Origin: Felis catus
Taxonomy: Eukaryota
DNA: 64,000 bases
Assembly (NCBI RefSeq): GCF_018350175.1
Contig: NC_058368.1
Span: forward strand, 238,330,001-238,394,000
Direction: 5' to 3'
Shown: positions 33,901 to 47,811 of the stretch, piece after piece
Numbering within the stretch: the stretch's first letter is position 1
Layout: each line of letters starts with the position of its first letter
Program-made: the position numbers and the translations under genes
Notes under the pieces: model-generated
Databases searched by the model: none
What the model saw: the letters and a program-made list of their open reading frames with translations, nothing else
Told to the model about the DNA's origin: nothing

Positions 33901-36544
33901 GCAGGGAGGGGGGCTGCCTGCCACGGCCCACGTGCAACATCTGCCCAAGTCAGGGAGGCTTTGCCAGGACCAAGCGAGGCAGAGGCAGGCCAGGAGCGGA
34001 CCGCGGGGCCCCCCGAAGGTCGTTGGCGGACCCACCCCGGTGCCCAGAGGCAGGCGGGCTCTAAAGTCACCTCCTCGTTCACCCAGAAGAGGGGCGAGGC
34101 TGAGGGGGGCAGTCCGGTGAGTCCCAGGGGCTCCCCCCAACCGAGGAGGTAAGATGTCCTCTCCAGCCCCGGATGACACGGCTGAAACGTCAGGAAACCG
34201 CGGTGGGACAAGGTGCGGGTGGCAGGAGAGCTCCCCAGACCCCCAGACCTGCGGGTGGGCAGCAGGGGTGAAGGTGGGGCCCCGTCAGCCTCCCCAACAG
34301 CCGCTCCCCTGCTCTGGGCCCTCAGGGGGCCTCCGCCCCACCTCATCCCCCCCCTCCCCCCCCCCCCCCCCCCGCCCGTGGCTCCGGCCCTGCAGTGGCT
34401 GTGCCCCGTGGGGGCGGACTCTTGGCCGGGGCCTCGTTGACTTGGCAACAAGAACAGACAGTCCCTGGTCTCATGCTCACAGAGACCATCAGGGGTCAGT
34501 CGTGCTTAGACTTAGACTCACCGCCAGCAGAGCCTGCTTCACCAGGATGTGGAGAGCGCCTGCCAGGGCTCAGGTCCACCCTGGTGCTCGTAGGTGAGAC
34601 ATCTCCTGGGGGCCCAGGATCCAGGCGGGGCCGAGCTCCCCGTCGAGCGGACGGAGGCACGCAGCGTGTTGGGGTGCCCCCCACCCCAGGTCTGGGATAT
34701 CGCTGGACACTCAGGGTCCAGGTGGGGCGAGCCCAGAGGCCTACAGGGGACCTTCCGGGAAGCAGAAAAGCCATGATCACACGCAGGGTTTCCAGGGGGC
34801 CGGCGGCCCCTCCCTCGCCTTCCCGCACACTCTGACGGCCACCGAGTAGGCCCCAGGTCACTGCTGGCCTGAGATGGTCGCAGCAGAGTGGAAATCGTGC
34901 TACCCCACCCCCACAGGTGCGAGATGGAAGGAGGTCTGGGGACGGGGAGGCGGGTGGGCGTCCGCTCAGAGAAACTGTGCGTCCCGCAGGCGGGTGTGGG
35001 TGGTTGTCCGCAGGCTGGGCCGATGTCAGAGCAGCCCCTCTGAGCCCGTCGGTCCTCCCTCCTCATCAGCACGGAGCCGGCTCCAGCCGTGACTCAGACT
35101 TGCCAGCGGGTGTCTGTCTCGCCTGTCTGTTCCCCAGGCAGTGTCTCCGAGGTCAGGAGCGTCCCCAACGTCCGTTCTCTAAGCGGCTGAAGGACTATCC
35201 ATCGACATCTGAGTAATCTAAAAAGTTCAGCGTGACAACAGGCAGGGAAGTCAAAACTAAAGACGCGGGGGGCTCGGAAACAGAACCCGTAGAGCGTTGG
35301 GGGAGTGACGTCCACTCTCAAAACTCCCACAGATCGATGAGGGACGCGCGGCAGGCAGAAGGAATGAACCAGTCACTCAAAGGAGGAGACGGGCCCGCAA
35401 GCACGAGACGCTGCCTGGACCGCGCGAGCCGCCAGGAAACACACATGAAAGAACGAGTCGCCGTGGGGGGCGGTCTCCAGGCCGCGGGACCCAGGGTGAA
35501 ATGCTGTCCTGGGTGCCGGGGTCAGCCGCCTCCAGGAGGCAAGGTGAGCCACCTGTAGAGCATGCTGACCCAGCTCCAGAGGAAACTCCCGTCTGGGCAC
35601 CACAGCCCGTCTGAGGCCCCACCAGGCCCCCCGGGACCGGGCAGGACAGGTGCACGCCCCAGGAGCCAGCCTGAGGCAGGAAAGGCCAGGAACTTTTCTC
35701 TGAAAAGAGAGCGAGGGAGCTCCCCATCAGGGGGTGGTGACTCAGGTGAGCGTCTTGGGAGCTCGGAGGGACAGAGGCACTAGGACACACAGACGACAGA
35801 CAGGTGCAGGTGCCTGAATATGTCCAGGTGCTGTCCAGGTCCAGGTGCAGACGCAGGGGCCTCCAAGAAGGCTGACAGAAGAGGAACACGCCTCAGGGGC
35901 CACAGCCCTAGGCGGTGACACCACCACCACGTGCTCACATTCATTTGTGCGCCGGCAACGCCCTCAGCCTGGGGCACAGGGGTGGAAACTTCCAAAGTTG
36001 CCCTTCTTCTGGGACCTTTTTTGACACCAGCTCCTGCGTAGTCTCTGGGCAAACCCACGGGGCAGGCTCACTGCTCTGGGACAAGGGGCAGCAGACACTC
36101 CCCGGGTCTACCCGCCGGCTGGACCCACGCAGCCCAACCAGGGAAAGCGGGGAAGGAAGAGGGTCCCCAAAAGAGCCACTCTGGGGCCCCAGGGAGACAG
36201 CAAGCCCTCCCGCCCTCTTCAACCACACGTTAGGAGACGCCAGCAGCCTTCGTGCTGTCGGGACATCCCACCGCGCAGGTGATTGCCTGCCTCCTTCCAG
36301 GTAACCCTCACGACCGCCCTGGTGGGCACCCGTGTCACCGGTGGGACAGATGAGGGACTGAGTCCAAGACATCAGGAGGCTTGGCACGGCTGACCCCTCC
36401 CAGACCCAGGACCCGAAGCAGGCGGGCTTCCGATCCTCCCAGAAGCAGATCTGATGTTTCCTCTGGCGGTCACACAAGGGACAGAGGAGAGAGCGTACCA
36501 GCCAGAGTCCCCAGGGGAGCATCAGGACGTACACCCAGGAAGAG

Positions 36545-36825
36545 ACTCCTGGTGAAGAACTGGCATCTGTGGAAGCTGACAAGTCCCACGATCGGCAGGT
36601 GGCCGGCTGGAGGCCAGGAGAGCCGATGAGCCAGTCTGAGAGCCAGCAGGCTCCAGACCCAGGAAAACCTGCTGTCTTAGCTCAAGTCCGAAAGCCAGAA
36701 GGACCCACGTCCCAGGTCCAGGCAGTCAGGCGGGAGCAACTCTGACTCACGGCCTTTCTGTTCTTTTTTTTATTTTTTTATTTTTTTTATTTTTGAGAGA
36801 GACAGAGACAGTGCATGGGGGAGGG

Positions 36826-36867
<42 letters not shown>

Positions 36868-37110
36868 CCCAAGCAGGCTCCGTGCTGTCAGGGAGGAGCC
36901 TGATGTGAGACTTGACGTCATGACCATGAGATCATGATCTGAGCTGAAACCAGGAGTCAGATGCAACCGACTGAGCCCTCCAGGTGCCCTCACAGCCTTT
37001 CTGTTCTAGTCGGCCTTCAACTGATTGGATGAGGCCCACCAACACTGGGGAGACCAATGTGCTTTATTAAGTCCACTGAGTCAAGTGCGGTCGCGGCCCA
37101 GCGTCTCTCC
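36545..37110 (-). mobile_element. ERVL LTR (MLT2-like), interrupted by a SINE
   Basis: gaagctgacaagtcccacgatc...aagtccgaaagcc...ggcagtcaggc...[SINE]...ggccttcaactgattggatgaggcccacc...ctttattaagtccactga. Confidence 0.85.
36765..36989 (-). mobile_element. CanSINE with 18-bp TSD
   Basis: TSD tcac[g/a]gcctttctgttct at 36747-36764 and 36990-37007. Confidence 0.97.
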
Positions 37111-37189
37111 TGGAAGACCAGGGAGCAGGCCTCTCCCTCTGGAGGAGACCTTGAGCGGGACAGGGGGGCAGAGAGGCTCCTCCCGGTTG

Positions 37190-38120
37190 ACAGGCACTTC
37201 GCAGGCGGCGGGGGGCGGGCCCACCGGCTCCTTGGCAGCAGGGGCGTGGCCACTGTGCCATGGCGGCTGGGGGCGGGGCCAGCGGCTGCGCCGCTGTGGC
37301 GGTGGCGGTGGCGGCGGCGGCGGCGGGGGGGGGGGGGCACGGTTCAGTGGCTGCCGGGGGCGGGCCCACCGTCTCCTCGGCAGCAGGGGGCGTGGCCACC
37401 GTGCCGTGGCAGCCGGGGGCGGGGCCAGCGGCTCCGTGGCGGCCCCCGCAGCTGCCACGTAGGCACAGGTGCGCCGTTCACTCGCTGTGGCTTCTGGCTC
37501 CTCTGCTGGGTCCACGCCCCTCTCTCCGCCCGCCCGGCCCCCTAGGTGGGGTCGGGACCCTCACAAAGCGAGCGTGGACTCCGGCACGGGAGGAACTGGG
37601 GGAGGCAGCTTGGGGGCTCTGCTTCGTGAGCAGAACCGACCCAGCACAGAGACAGGGGCCTGGGCTCAGGATGAGCCGAGGCCACGGGAGCCACGGGGGA
37701 GTCGGGGGTGGGCGTTACTGTCCCAGCTTCACCGCGAGGAAGGCAGACAGCAGTGTGGGCCGCGAGCGCCTCCCAGAGGCCCGACAGGGAGCGAGGGCAG
37801 GTGGGCAGAAAGGTCGGCGGACCCCGGGGCGGGACAGCGCCGGCCCCTCCGTGGTTATTGTCTAGCCCCACAGGGACCACGCCGTACGTGCATAGCGCGC
37901 CGGTCCGGATCCACAGCCTCCTCCCCACCAGGCGCCGGGCCGCGCGGGGTACTCGCTGCTGTAAGTCCTCGCGCCGCGCCGGGGTCCGTGGCTGGACAGG
38001 GCCACGCACCTCAGTCACTGACCAGTCGGCCCAGAGCCGGCTCGGGACTCGGGCCTCCTGCCACACACCGTGCCCGACTCCAGGCGCGTCACTCCATGCG
38101 GTTAAAGGTGTTAGTGCGAC
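37190..38120. promoter_or_regulatory. CpG-island-like segment with GC boxes and a CTCF-like motif
   Basis: gggggcggggcc twice, (GGC)n run, ggcagcagggggcgtgg at about 37379. Confidence 0.5.
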
Positions 38121-41100
38121 TAGAGCAACGTCACGCCCAGGCCAGGTCTCTGCCTTGTCCCGGCTCTGACCTCGGCCCTGGAGAGCTGTACTCACCAGAC
38201 GGTCCTGACCTTTGTGACCTGCCAATGGTGCTCCTGCTCTCGGATAAACCAGAACGAGGTGACACTGTTGGCCGGGGGCGGAGGGCAGGCGGAGACACAG
38301 GCGCCCAGAGTGGAACCAACTGTTGGAAAGTCAAGCTGAGACAGGTCCTGGATCATTCTGGATTCCCGCAGCCGGTTGTCAGATGGTCACCACGAGCGCG
38401 TCGCGGCCTCACCTGGCCCCCGCAGCCTCGTCCCCCCTCGGGGACCGTCGCCTGTGCTGCCCCGTCCCTGTTGACTGTGGACGCGGGTGGCTGGGGTCTG
38501 GCCTGGCGGTGCCCCCGAGCACTGACAGAGCCACGGAACCGTGCAGGCTGAGGAACAGCCTCTGGAGTCATTTCCGGGACTCACATCCTGAAATATGTCC
38601 AAAATGCCCGGAACCAGCAAGGGAGTGCTTGTGGAGTCCGCTGAGCAGATTAAACACAGAACAGTGGAGCCGTCGGTCCGTCCAGGCCTGGGTGGTGGGT
38701 GCAGGTGGGTTCACGCAAGGAGGGCTGGGTGGGGGTGAAGAGAAAAGCACCGGGGGCGGGGGGGGGCAGGTCCTGGGACCCCCCTGAGGTGGGAGCAGGG
38801 AGGCTGGCTCTGGCGAGCAGCAGGTCGGGGGACAGTGGCGGCCGAGGCTCCCATGCGCACCTAGGACCCCCCGCCCCCGCCCATGGTCCTGTGGCTCCCA
38901 CCGCCCTGGGTGTGGGACCGCCCAAACCGATCACGTGTCGGGAAAAGTCAGGAGAGAACCTGAAACGGAAGAACAGACCGCCGTCTACACCTTTCCGGCC
39001 GCGTCTCTGAGCCGCCTCGCGTCGCTCGTCTCTGGAGAAGCAGAACCACATCGTCTGCTGAACTGGCACTTGACAGTCGCCCTCCGGGTGGGGGTCACTG
39101 GCTCACTTTTTAATACATTTATTTCGCTATTCCTAACTGGGTTCTCCTTTGGACCAGATCTTAACGCCTTATCGGTTCTCTTGGTGACCGGTGAGCCGAA
39201 CGAATTCTTTGACACTTGGCACTTTTTTAAAACAGGTTTTAACGCGCCCTTCTCTGCACACAATTCTGCACGTTTAGAAATGACGCAGTGGCAGACGGGC
39301 CAATGCAGCACACGAGTCACTGACAGAGGCCGGTGTGACCAGGGAGTTTAGTCCGAGAGCCAGCGGGGCTTTTCTAACACCAGACCCAGCGTCCGACACA
39401 CTTACCTTCCCAGTGACACCTGTGTGGACCCAGCAGCACCCCCCCCCGAGAGGGGTCTGGGGGTTCTCGTTCCCTGGAGAGAGGTCCCTCCCAAGACCAC
39501 AAGCACAGAGCGTCTTTTCCGAATTCCTGGCCGACAAGTCTCTCTGCGGCTCCCAGGGGAGCAGGTTAGGGGCGCCAAAGGCAGGAACGGCTCCGGTGGC
39601 CCCATCCACCTGGAAGCAACACCTGGAGGGCCGACACAGGAGACTCGTTCCCGCAGCATTGCTGGAGGGGGAGGGCGGTAAGCAGCCATAATGAGGGTGG
39701 AGACTTCCAAAATTGTCAAGCCTACAATGGGTGGGACCGGAGTCTGCTAAACGTCACCCAAAATGCCACTACGGGCCCTCGAGAACGGCTACGAGCTGGT
39801 CACATTCAGGGACCCTGACCGATGTTCCAGCTAACCTCCCTGAGACCCAGAGCCCTCCCCCAACCCCCGTGCCCCGAGCGCCTCCCGCTCTCGGATAGTT
39901 TTCTCCCAACAGGTGTGAGTCAGACGAAAGCTGAGAGATGGTGGAGGGATCCGTGTGGATTTGGTCACAGGTGACCTTGGTGTGGCCTCAGGATCACCGC
40001 CCGCTGTTGCGGGAGCACCGATCCCACCAGGGTGACGGTGGCCGGGGAAGACGCGCCGCCCACGGGACGCCCAAGTGCCTCACACGCTTTAGATGCCCCA
40101 AAGACGCTGCCACAAACCCTTTCTCTTCGTGATTAAAGCACAAACCTGTTTCATCGACAGCCGAAGTTTTTGGGAACCCAGCTGAGCATCTCTGCTGAGT
40201 CCCTTTGTCCGGTGTCCCTGAAGGGTCCCAAGGCCCTATGTCCCAAGGAAGAAGGAACCCTTCTGGGTTAGCCTTGGACTGCTGGGTGCCCGCCAGACAG
40301 AAGGGGGTCCCCGCTGGCTGTCCACGTGAGCCCGCCCTACGGCGCCCACCTCACACCCGCCCTCCGAGGGGCAGAGGGGCCTTTTGCTCGCTCACAGCCC
40401 TCCTGGCCCCGTGCAGGAGCCCGCACTCTGCTCTCGAGGACCACGGAACCCCTGGGGCCACTGTAAACAGGCACCACAGACCTGTGGACAACAGGCCCGT
40501 TTTTCAGCAGTCCGGGAGCGGGGCATCAAGATTGGGGTGCTCGCCCACGGAGCGAGGGGCTTGTCCCGCCACAGGTGCACGCTGTGTCCCCTCCCGTGTC
40601 CCCTACAAGGACCACAATCGCCGATCCCACCCACAAGGGCTCCCCCTGGCCGTCCGGAGCCCCAGCCCCCGAAACCGTCACCACGGGGGCTAGGTTGCGA
40701 GTTGTGAGGAGACCCCCGCATTCAGGGCGCAGCCACCACTGACAACGCCAACCAGGAGGAGTTCACGGACCTGTGGCCTCCCACTGGGGAGCCGGGACTG
40801 GAACCAGCTCAGGACCACAGCTGCGCAGACCACAGGAGGTGCCGGGGCGTGACGACCCCGCGCCAGGCGGGCTGAGGGGCCGGGATGTTTCTCGTCACCC
40901 CAAACCTGGGAGTTCCCCGCCCCGGTCTCTGCAGATGCCGGTCCTGTGCTCTCCCCGTGGCTCTGGAGTCCCCCGCCCCCACGAGCGCCTGTGTGTCTTC
41001 CGTGTCTGTGACTCACTCTGGGTATTTCCCGCTGGCCCATCTCCAGCCCACGCGCTGTCTGCTCGGCTGTGTCTAAACTGTGTCACACCCATTCACTGGG

Positions 41101-44100
41101 CCCGTGATTTGTGCTTTTGTAATGGTTGGGGGATGTACTTAATCGTCACTGCTATTTCTTTGCTGAAATTCTGAATCTCGCCTTTTTTTGTCTTCTGTGT
41201 CCTTCAGCAATGTCACAAATGTTGAACTCTGCCTCCGGGAGCCCCTGTGTCTGGACCCAGCGTGTAGACGCTCCATTGCCTGTCCTCTCTCTCTCTGACG
41301 CGTATGCACATCTCCCCGTGCGCCTGGTAACTTCTTACTTTGGGCCCCAAATTCTATTTGTAAGGTTTTAGAAAGAGAATCCGCGGCCAGAGCAACGTCC
41401 TGGTCCCGCAGGGAAGACACCAGCTGTGCGTGCAGCCGCCAGCCGAGGGCTCGATGTGACTGCTGTTGGCTTTCTCTCCACTCATTACATTCACTGGGAG
41501 ACAATAGCGCGGGGGGGATTTCTCGGGGGGGGGGGCAGGGGCTTCTCTTCTGACACTTTAATATCACACATTGATTGCCAAGAGTCTGTAAACATCAAAT
41601 CAATGGCGATGTCTCTATAATATAGGGTTTGGGGTGAGAAGTGTGAAATCGCCCATCAGTGGAACAGTCATCCCTGGAGTTCTGGGTCACGTGTGCTTGG
41701 GGCGGCCTCCCGGGGACGGAGTGGGCTGGGGAAGGGGGGCTCTCACACGCCAGTGCCCTGGGCTCCTCCCCTTCCCAGAGTCCTGGGGGAGGGGGCGGGG
41801 GATGTGGGCTCTTGCCCTTAGGAACCACCCACCCTGCAGCCAGCATGACCCCCAAGTAGAGAATCCTTCCCTCAGAAGAAATGGGGACTGTCCCCCAAGT
41901 GAGACCACTTGGGTTACAGAGCATTTGGCATAGTCAGCGACTCCCTCGTGGTTTGGGGCTGATGAAAAGCCACTCAGCTCTAGTTCCAGGATTTGTCCTT
42001 TCTAAGGCATCTCGCAGAAAGCCCGTCGTGATCGCCTCACCAGCGTCGAGGCTGAGGAAATGTCGTTCTCACCCCTGAGACGGGAGCCGGTTCTGTGCTG
42101 TGGGGACCCACCATCCCGGGACGCGGGACTCCTTGCACAGACCCGCACAGCCCAGGGCAGAAGGGGCCGCCCGTAACCCTGAGGAACGTTCAGGAACGTT
42201 CACCCCTGCGGGTGGGGGTGGGGTGCGGCTCCCACATCCCGTCCAGGCTGCTTTCTGTCACCTGCCTTGTCACTCACAACCACTGCTTCGTCCCAGGGAC
42301 TGTCGGAGTGGAATTCTCACTGTCTCTCTCTCTCTCCTTTAAAATGAACCCGTTCTACAGGAAAGTATCACCCTGGACCAGGTCTGCTCAAAAAGCCACT
42401 ACATGGCTCTGAATCTCTCTAAATGCTTGTTACTTAGAAACATCAGATATTTGTGGAGAGCAGGCAGGTGTCAGGGACCCGAAGACGGGGGTGAGCGCGT
42501 CAGGGGACCGAGGGCACCCTTGTCTTGCAGGGAGAATCCTGGCAGTTTTTGAATTTACGCTAAAAGTCTTACGCTTTTCCGATGCCCTGAACAGTTCTAG
42601 CCCAAACGCATGAATGGCGTCAAATAGCCACTTGGTGGAATTGTATCTGTGCGTTAGATCCAGCGCTCCGTGATGCCTGCGACGGCCAAGTGGGAGGGAA
42701 GGAAAGGTCGTGGCGGTGGGCATCAACGCCTCCTAACACGACTGCCCTCTGGCTCCTGGAAGAGAAGCCCTGGAGAATCAACACAACGTCCTCTGCAAAG
42801 ACACGGCTTCCGAACCTTCCGGCCTCATTGCTGTCCACCCCCTGCGGAAAAGAACCGTCCCCGGATCGGGACCTCAGGGGCCCCTCACACGTGGGGCTCA
42901 GCTGACGGTGACGGGAAGGTCTCTCGGCTGAACCGTCGCCGTAAGGACCCTTATGAGTCCAACCGTCTCCTGTCGTTAACCACAGACCATGAAACTCGTC
43001 TGTTCGGAAGCCCCAAACGTTTGCACACTCTGGTTCACAACTCCTCCTCCTGAATTAGTGTGGAAGTAATCGGGAGTGCCCACTGGGTTCAAGCAGAAAG
43101 ACGTGCATTGCCAAGTTCACAGTAATGAAGAAAACTCACGACCTCTCCCGCCGAGCATTGTAATAAAACGCACACCGTGAAATAGCATCGCCGTACTTAG
43201 CACTTAGTAAACCTCAGCGCTTCATAAACAATTCAGTAGAAATTTTCCTTCTGCTTCCTACACACAATAATTACCGAATGAGTCCAAGCAATCAAGAGAA
43301 CGGCCAGATACTCCAGAGCATAATTTTGTTGTGATTCTGTGAACTCTCGCTAAAATGCGATGTTTCCTCTCCTTCCTCTGAGACGATTCTGTCTTTAACT
43401 GGCCCATTGGTGCCAGTTACGGTGTCACCGGGTGTTCTCAGGGCTGCCGGGAATTAAGGACGCCCCAGCCCCCGGTGCTCCGTTCTCCACGTGCCCCCTG
43501 CCTTCGAGCCGCACCCCACAGCCAGCCTCACGGGAGGAGGGGGTGCAGTGATTAGAACTGAATTCTCACGAAGAGACTCCCAGGACCAAGTCCCTACTCC
43601 ACTCAGTCCCGGACGAGGTCCGAGGCCTCAGGCACGTCCCAGGTCACACCCTGTGTGTCCACCAAGCACCTGATTCAACTCGGTCATGGCCCCCGATCCA
43701 CTGACCCTACACTGTTTTCCTGTCCCACACCCTCCCAAGGCACCGACCTGGCCGGCCCAGGGGGGATTTTCGGGTTCAAACGTAGCAGGAGCCCTGTGGC
43801 TGTGTGGGTGTGGTGCCTCCGGCACCCGGGCGTGGCCTCCACAGCCTCCTGAACCTGCCCCCTCGGCCCCTCCCAAGCACCGCCCCTCCCCACGCACGCC
43901 CCGCACATCGGCCACGACTCGAGGCGGACAACACCACGCGTCGACAGGTCCACCAATCTGAACTCTCCAGGACCCCGGGAGGCCTGCCTTGTGGGCCGTA
44001 GCTGGGTGTCCCCTGCGAGGCTGCAGGACAGATGCTGGTCAGGGGCGTGGTCAGCGCGAGGCCTGCGGGGGCCCACAGACCGGGACGGCTCGCCCCTGCG

Positions 44101-45344
44101 TCCGGGGCAGGGCCCTCGGGGCTGCGGGAGGCAGGGACTCGGTGGCCCCCGCGGGGGCGGCTACAGGCGCGTGCCACGGGATTCCAGCTGGTGGAGCTCG
44201 TGGGCGGCCACTGCTCTAGGGCCATCGAGGCCACAACGGCGACTACTCTGGGGTGAGGTGGGATGACCCGGGGGGTGAGCGCGGAGGCCCGGACGCACAC
44301 GGGAAGTGAGTGGCCACGTACGATCTGTGTTCTGCACTGTCTGGACGCCAGTTCACTTCAGCGTCACGTAGGAGTGAAAGCATAGGGCTGGAGCGTGTCG
44401 TGACGAGTCCCTGTGAAGGGACACTGGACCGGAGACCGGGCGCCGAGGAAGCCAGCCTCAGGGGGAGCGCGGAGGCTCGCAGGGGCGTTTGGCAAGTGCA
44501 CGTCCGAGGGGAGACTGGACACCGGCCGTGAGCCCAGCGGTCGTCCTGGCGGGCGGGGCTTGGGAGGTCCTCCCCCGGGAGACCCCGCGAGGGAACCCCC
44601 CCGCGGCTCCCGTCCCCCTCCCCGTCTTCCAGCTCGGCTGACATCTGGCCTCCACCGCAGACACCCTGAGCCAGATCCAGCCCAAACCTTCCAGAACCCC
44701 AGGCCCACGGAGCACGAGTGACGTGACGTGGCTGAAAGCCACCCCGTGTGGGAGGCTCCCCGGAGCTTTGACCTCATCCTCCTCCGGCGGCCACGCCGGA
44801 CCCCAAGGACACTTGTGGCCTTTTGTGTTGTGATAACATTGCAACGCGGCTCTCAGGACCGTGTTTGAACAAATCAGACGGTGAGGATCACACTCAGTGC
44901 CCGTCCCCAGCAGCGCTGGGAGGTCCAGATTAAAGTTGTTGTCACAGATGCCGACCGCGTCTTGAGAAGCTAGAGGTCCCGCGGCAGGCGGTGCGTGACC
45001 CACGTGCTGGCCGCAGAGGCCAGGCCGGCCCGTGTCCCTCCGGCTCCCTGCCCGTTTCGATGCTTACAGGCAGCCCCCAGCCGCTGACGTGAGCAAGGGC
45101 CCGAGGACAGACCGAGGACAAGGACACAGGAAGAGAGAAAGCAACTGGCGGGGCCGAGGGCTCCTAGGCGGGAGCAGAGGGGCCCCCGGGCCAGCACGGC
45201 ACTTGGCTCTGTGCTCGAGGTTCCCAGCACGCTGGTCCCATAAAGCCACATGATTTCAGATGGTGTGCGGGGCCCTGGGGAGCTCACTCAGCCCAGAGGG
45301 ACAGTCACCCTCCCAAGCGCTGGGTGGGCTCTCCAAAGGGTGAT

Positions 45345-45753
45345 GTTTGAGTGTCCTGGGGCCACAGGAACAAATGACCACACATTGGTGGCTCAAAGCC
45401 ACAGAAATGTATCTTCTCCCAGCCTGGAGGCCAGAGTTCGCACATGGAAATCCTGCCTCTTCCAGCTCCTGGTGCCCTAGGCATCCCTGGGCTGTGGCCA
45501 CGTCCCTCCGGTCCCTGCCTCCGTTGTCCGTCAGGTGGCCTCCCCGTGTGTGCACCTGATCTCTGCCCTGCCCCCTCATAAGGACACTTAGGATGCATTT
45601 AGGGCCAACCGGCTAATCCGGGATAATCTCCTATCTCAAGATCTCTAACTTAATCACATCTGCTGAATCACATTTTGGCTATTTAAGGAAAGGTCACCTT
45701 CCCAGTTTCCGGGGATCAGGACGTGAACATGGCAGCTGTGAACAGCCCACCAC
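45345..45753 (-). mobile_element. MaLR LTR (MLT1D-like)
   Basis: aacaaatgaccacacattggtggctcaaagccacagaaatgtat...ataaggacactt...gataatctcctatctcaagatc...ttaatcacatctgc...ggggatcaggacgtg. Confidence 0.9.
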
Positions 45754-46989
45754 AGTGAGGGTGTGCGAGGATTCGGGACAGCCACGCCAGCCTTCTGCCA
45801 GCTGTGAGCAGAGGAAAGATCTGCCCAAGTCAGAAGCAGTGGACCCGTTGGCATCACATCAGACGGTCTCCGGTTTTCCGGGAAGCCTGGAGAGCGAGGC
45901 CTAGAAGAGCACAGGGGTGCGGGAGGCCAGAGGCCAGCCAAGGACCGGGTCCAGGAGTAGCCTGGGCGGGGGTTCTGCCTCAGCCACTGGGCCCTGAGGG
46001 CTCCCAGTGACCCGGCCACCCACCCTGGAATGGATTCTGCTCTGACCCCGCTCTCGGTGTGTACAGGGTCCACGGGCTAATGCCTGGGGAGCCCCAGACC
46101 ACCAGGCCCCTTGTGGGAGGTACCCCTGGGTGGGAGCTTCCTGGATCAGGGGACACGGAAGGGCCCAGGTAGGGGTAAGTTGCAAATGCAGGGAATAAAA
46201 GACAAAATATATGAAGACCCCAGGGCCCCTCCCCTGCAGGACCCAGCCATGCAGCAGGAAGGCAGCTGGCGAGGGGGAAAGGTCTCCAGGGACCTGACCC
46301 GCCCGGCCACCACTAGGTCCCTTCCCCGGCTGGCCAGGCGTCACCTCTACTGGAGCTCAGGTCCGCATGGCTCACCTCCGCTGACTCCTGAGCCACCGGA
46401 ATCTGTGTGGTGGGGTCCCGAGTGGGGCTCCAGGAACCCGGGGCCACCAGGCCGTGCAGAGCCAGCATCTGCCGTCCTGGTTCCCTCCGGGGGACGCCTG
46501 TACCGTGAGCCCTCAGGGCAGAGCTGCCCAAACGCAGAAGGGGGGGTGGACGCAAGAAGGCTGAAATGACAAACATCTGCCGCAAATGTTGGGGTGCGGC
46601 CCCCACAGGGGTGGCAGGAAACCCACAGGCGATAAGAGCTGATCTCTAAGCAGTGTGTCCTCATCTGTGGCCCCTATGTCACATACCTCTAGCGTTGGCT
46701 TTTCTTTTATTGCGAAATTCTGAAAGCTCGTGACCCTGTCACTGCGCGTCTCAGGGCACTGCGCGAACAGCCACCTGAGGCCTGGGGAATAGAAGCACAC
46801 CTGTGTGTGGACGTGTGAGCCGGGAGGACAGGACCCTGGCCAGCCCAGGGTCACAGAGCACAAGTCACCGTAAGCATTGAGAGCACCGATGACGGTCGCC
46901 TTCTCTGCAGGAAGGGGCTGCTACCCCGCACCTGTCACCATCCGCCCCTCCCCTGTTTGTAAACCAGGAGTCACCCTGTATTTTTTCCG

Positions 46990-47811
46990 TGTGTTAGTGA
47001 AACACAGAAAGGTTAAGCGCCAAACGCAAGAAATACCTAAATCGCTGGACAGATGTGTCATGTTCCCGAGGGGCGGCACTCGGCGGTGTGGAGCGTCCAC
47101 TCCGCGAATTCACTGTAACCCTGATCGGAATTCCAACAGAATCGGAGCCCCAGGATCCCCGTGGAAGAACTCCCAAGGAACAAAGAACTAGCTGATGCCG
47201 CAAAGCGGGAAGGGGGAGGGGACCCGCCCGCGAGCTAGTGCACACAGTCACGCCAACGAAGCCGGTCCGATCATCGCATGACTTTCAAGACTTGCAGATC
47301 CACGGAGGAAAGACAAATTGTTCGATAACCTATATTTTGACAAATGAGTGTACATTTGGCGGGGGGGGGGGGGGGGGGGGGGGCGGCGGGGATGATACGC
47401 CAAAGATGAACTCCAAATACTTTAAGACCTAAACACTGACACACTACAAATGTGTCAGAAGCAAACAGAAGACAGTGGGTTTACAATCTTCGATCTTCGG
47501 GAATTCGGTCCTTCTTAAACCAGCTGCTAAAAAAAGGCCCACCAGACGGAACAACTGGCCGAGGGGACCACACGGAAATGCTAAACTTCTAAAAGACAGT
47601 AGGTAAACAGACTGGGGAGATGTGCAACACACACAGGGATCAGAACTGCCATCCAGCACGTGCGAAGAGCTCGGGAAACCCAGAAAACAGGGCAGATGTG
47701 CAACAGGTAACAGGTCACAGGCAGGCAATTCTCCGCGGAGGACGTGCCCGTGGCCAATGGCAAGCGAGCAAGTCCTCAAACTCCCCACCTCGCAATGAAA
47801 TGCAGGTTAAA
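46990..47811 (+). mobile_element. Highly degraded L1 ORF2 3' region
   Basis: L1-like motifs in order: aattccaacag; gactttcaagactt; tattttgacaaa; atgaactccaaatactttaagacctaaa; caggcaattc; gaaatgcaggttaaa. Confidence 0.6.

Noticed and set aside
37469..38551. 360-aa ORF and similar long ORFs elsewhere in GC-rich sequence
   Set aside because: Non-ATG start, composition dominated by Arg/Gly/Pro/Ala, overlapping ORFs in several frames and no domain; expected from stop-codon scarcity at high GC.
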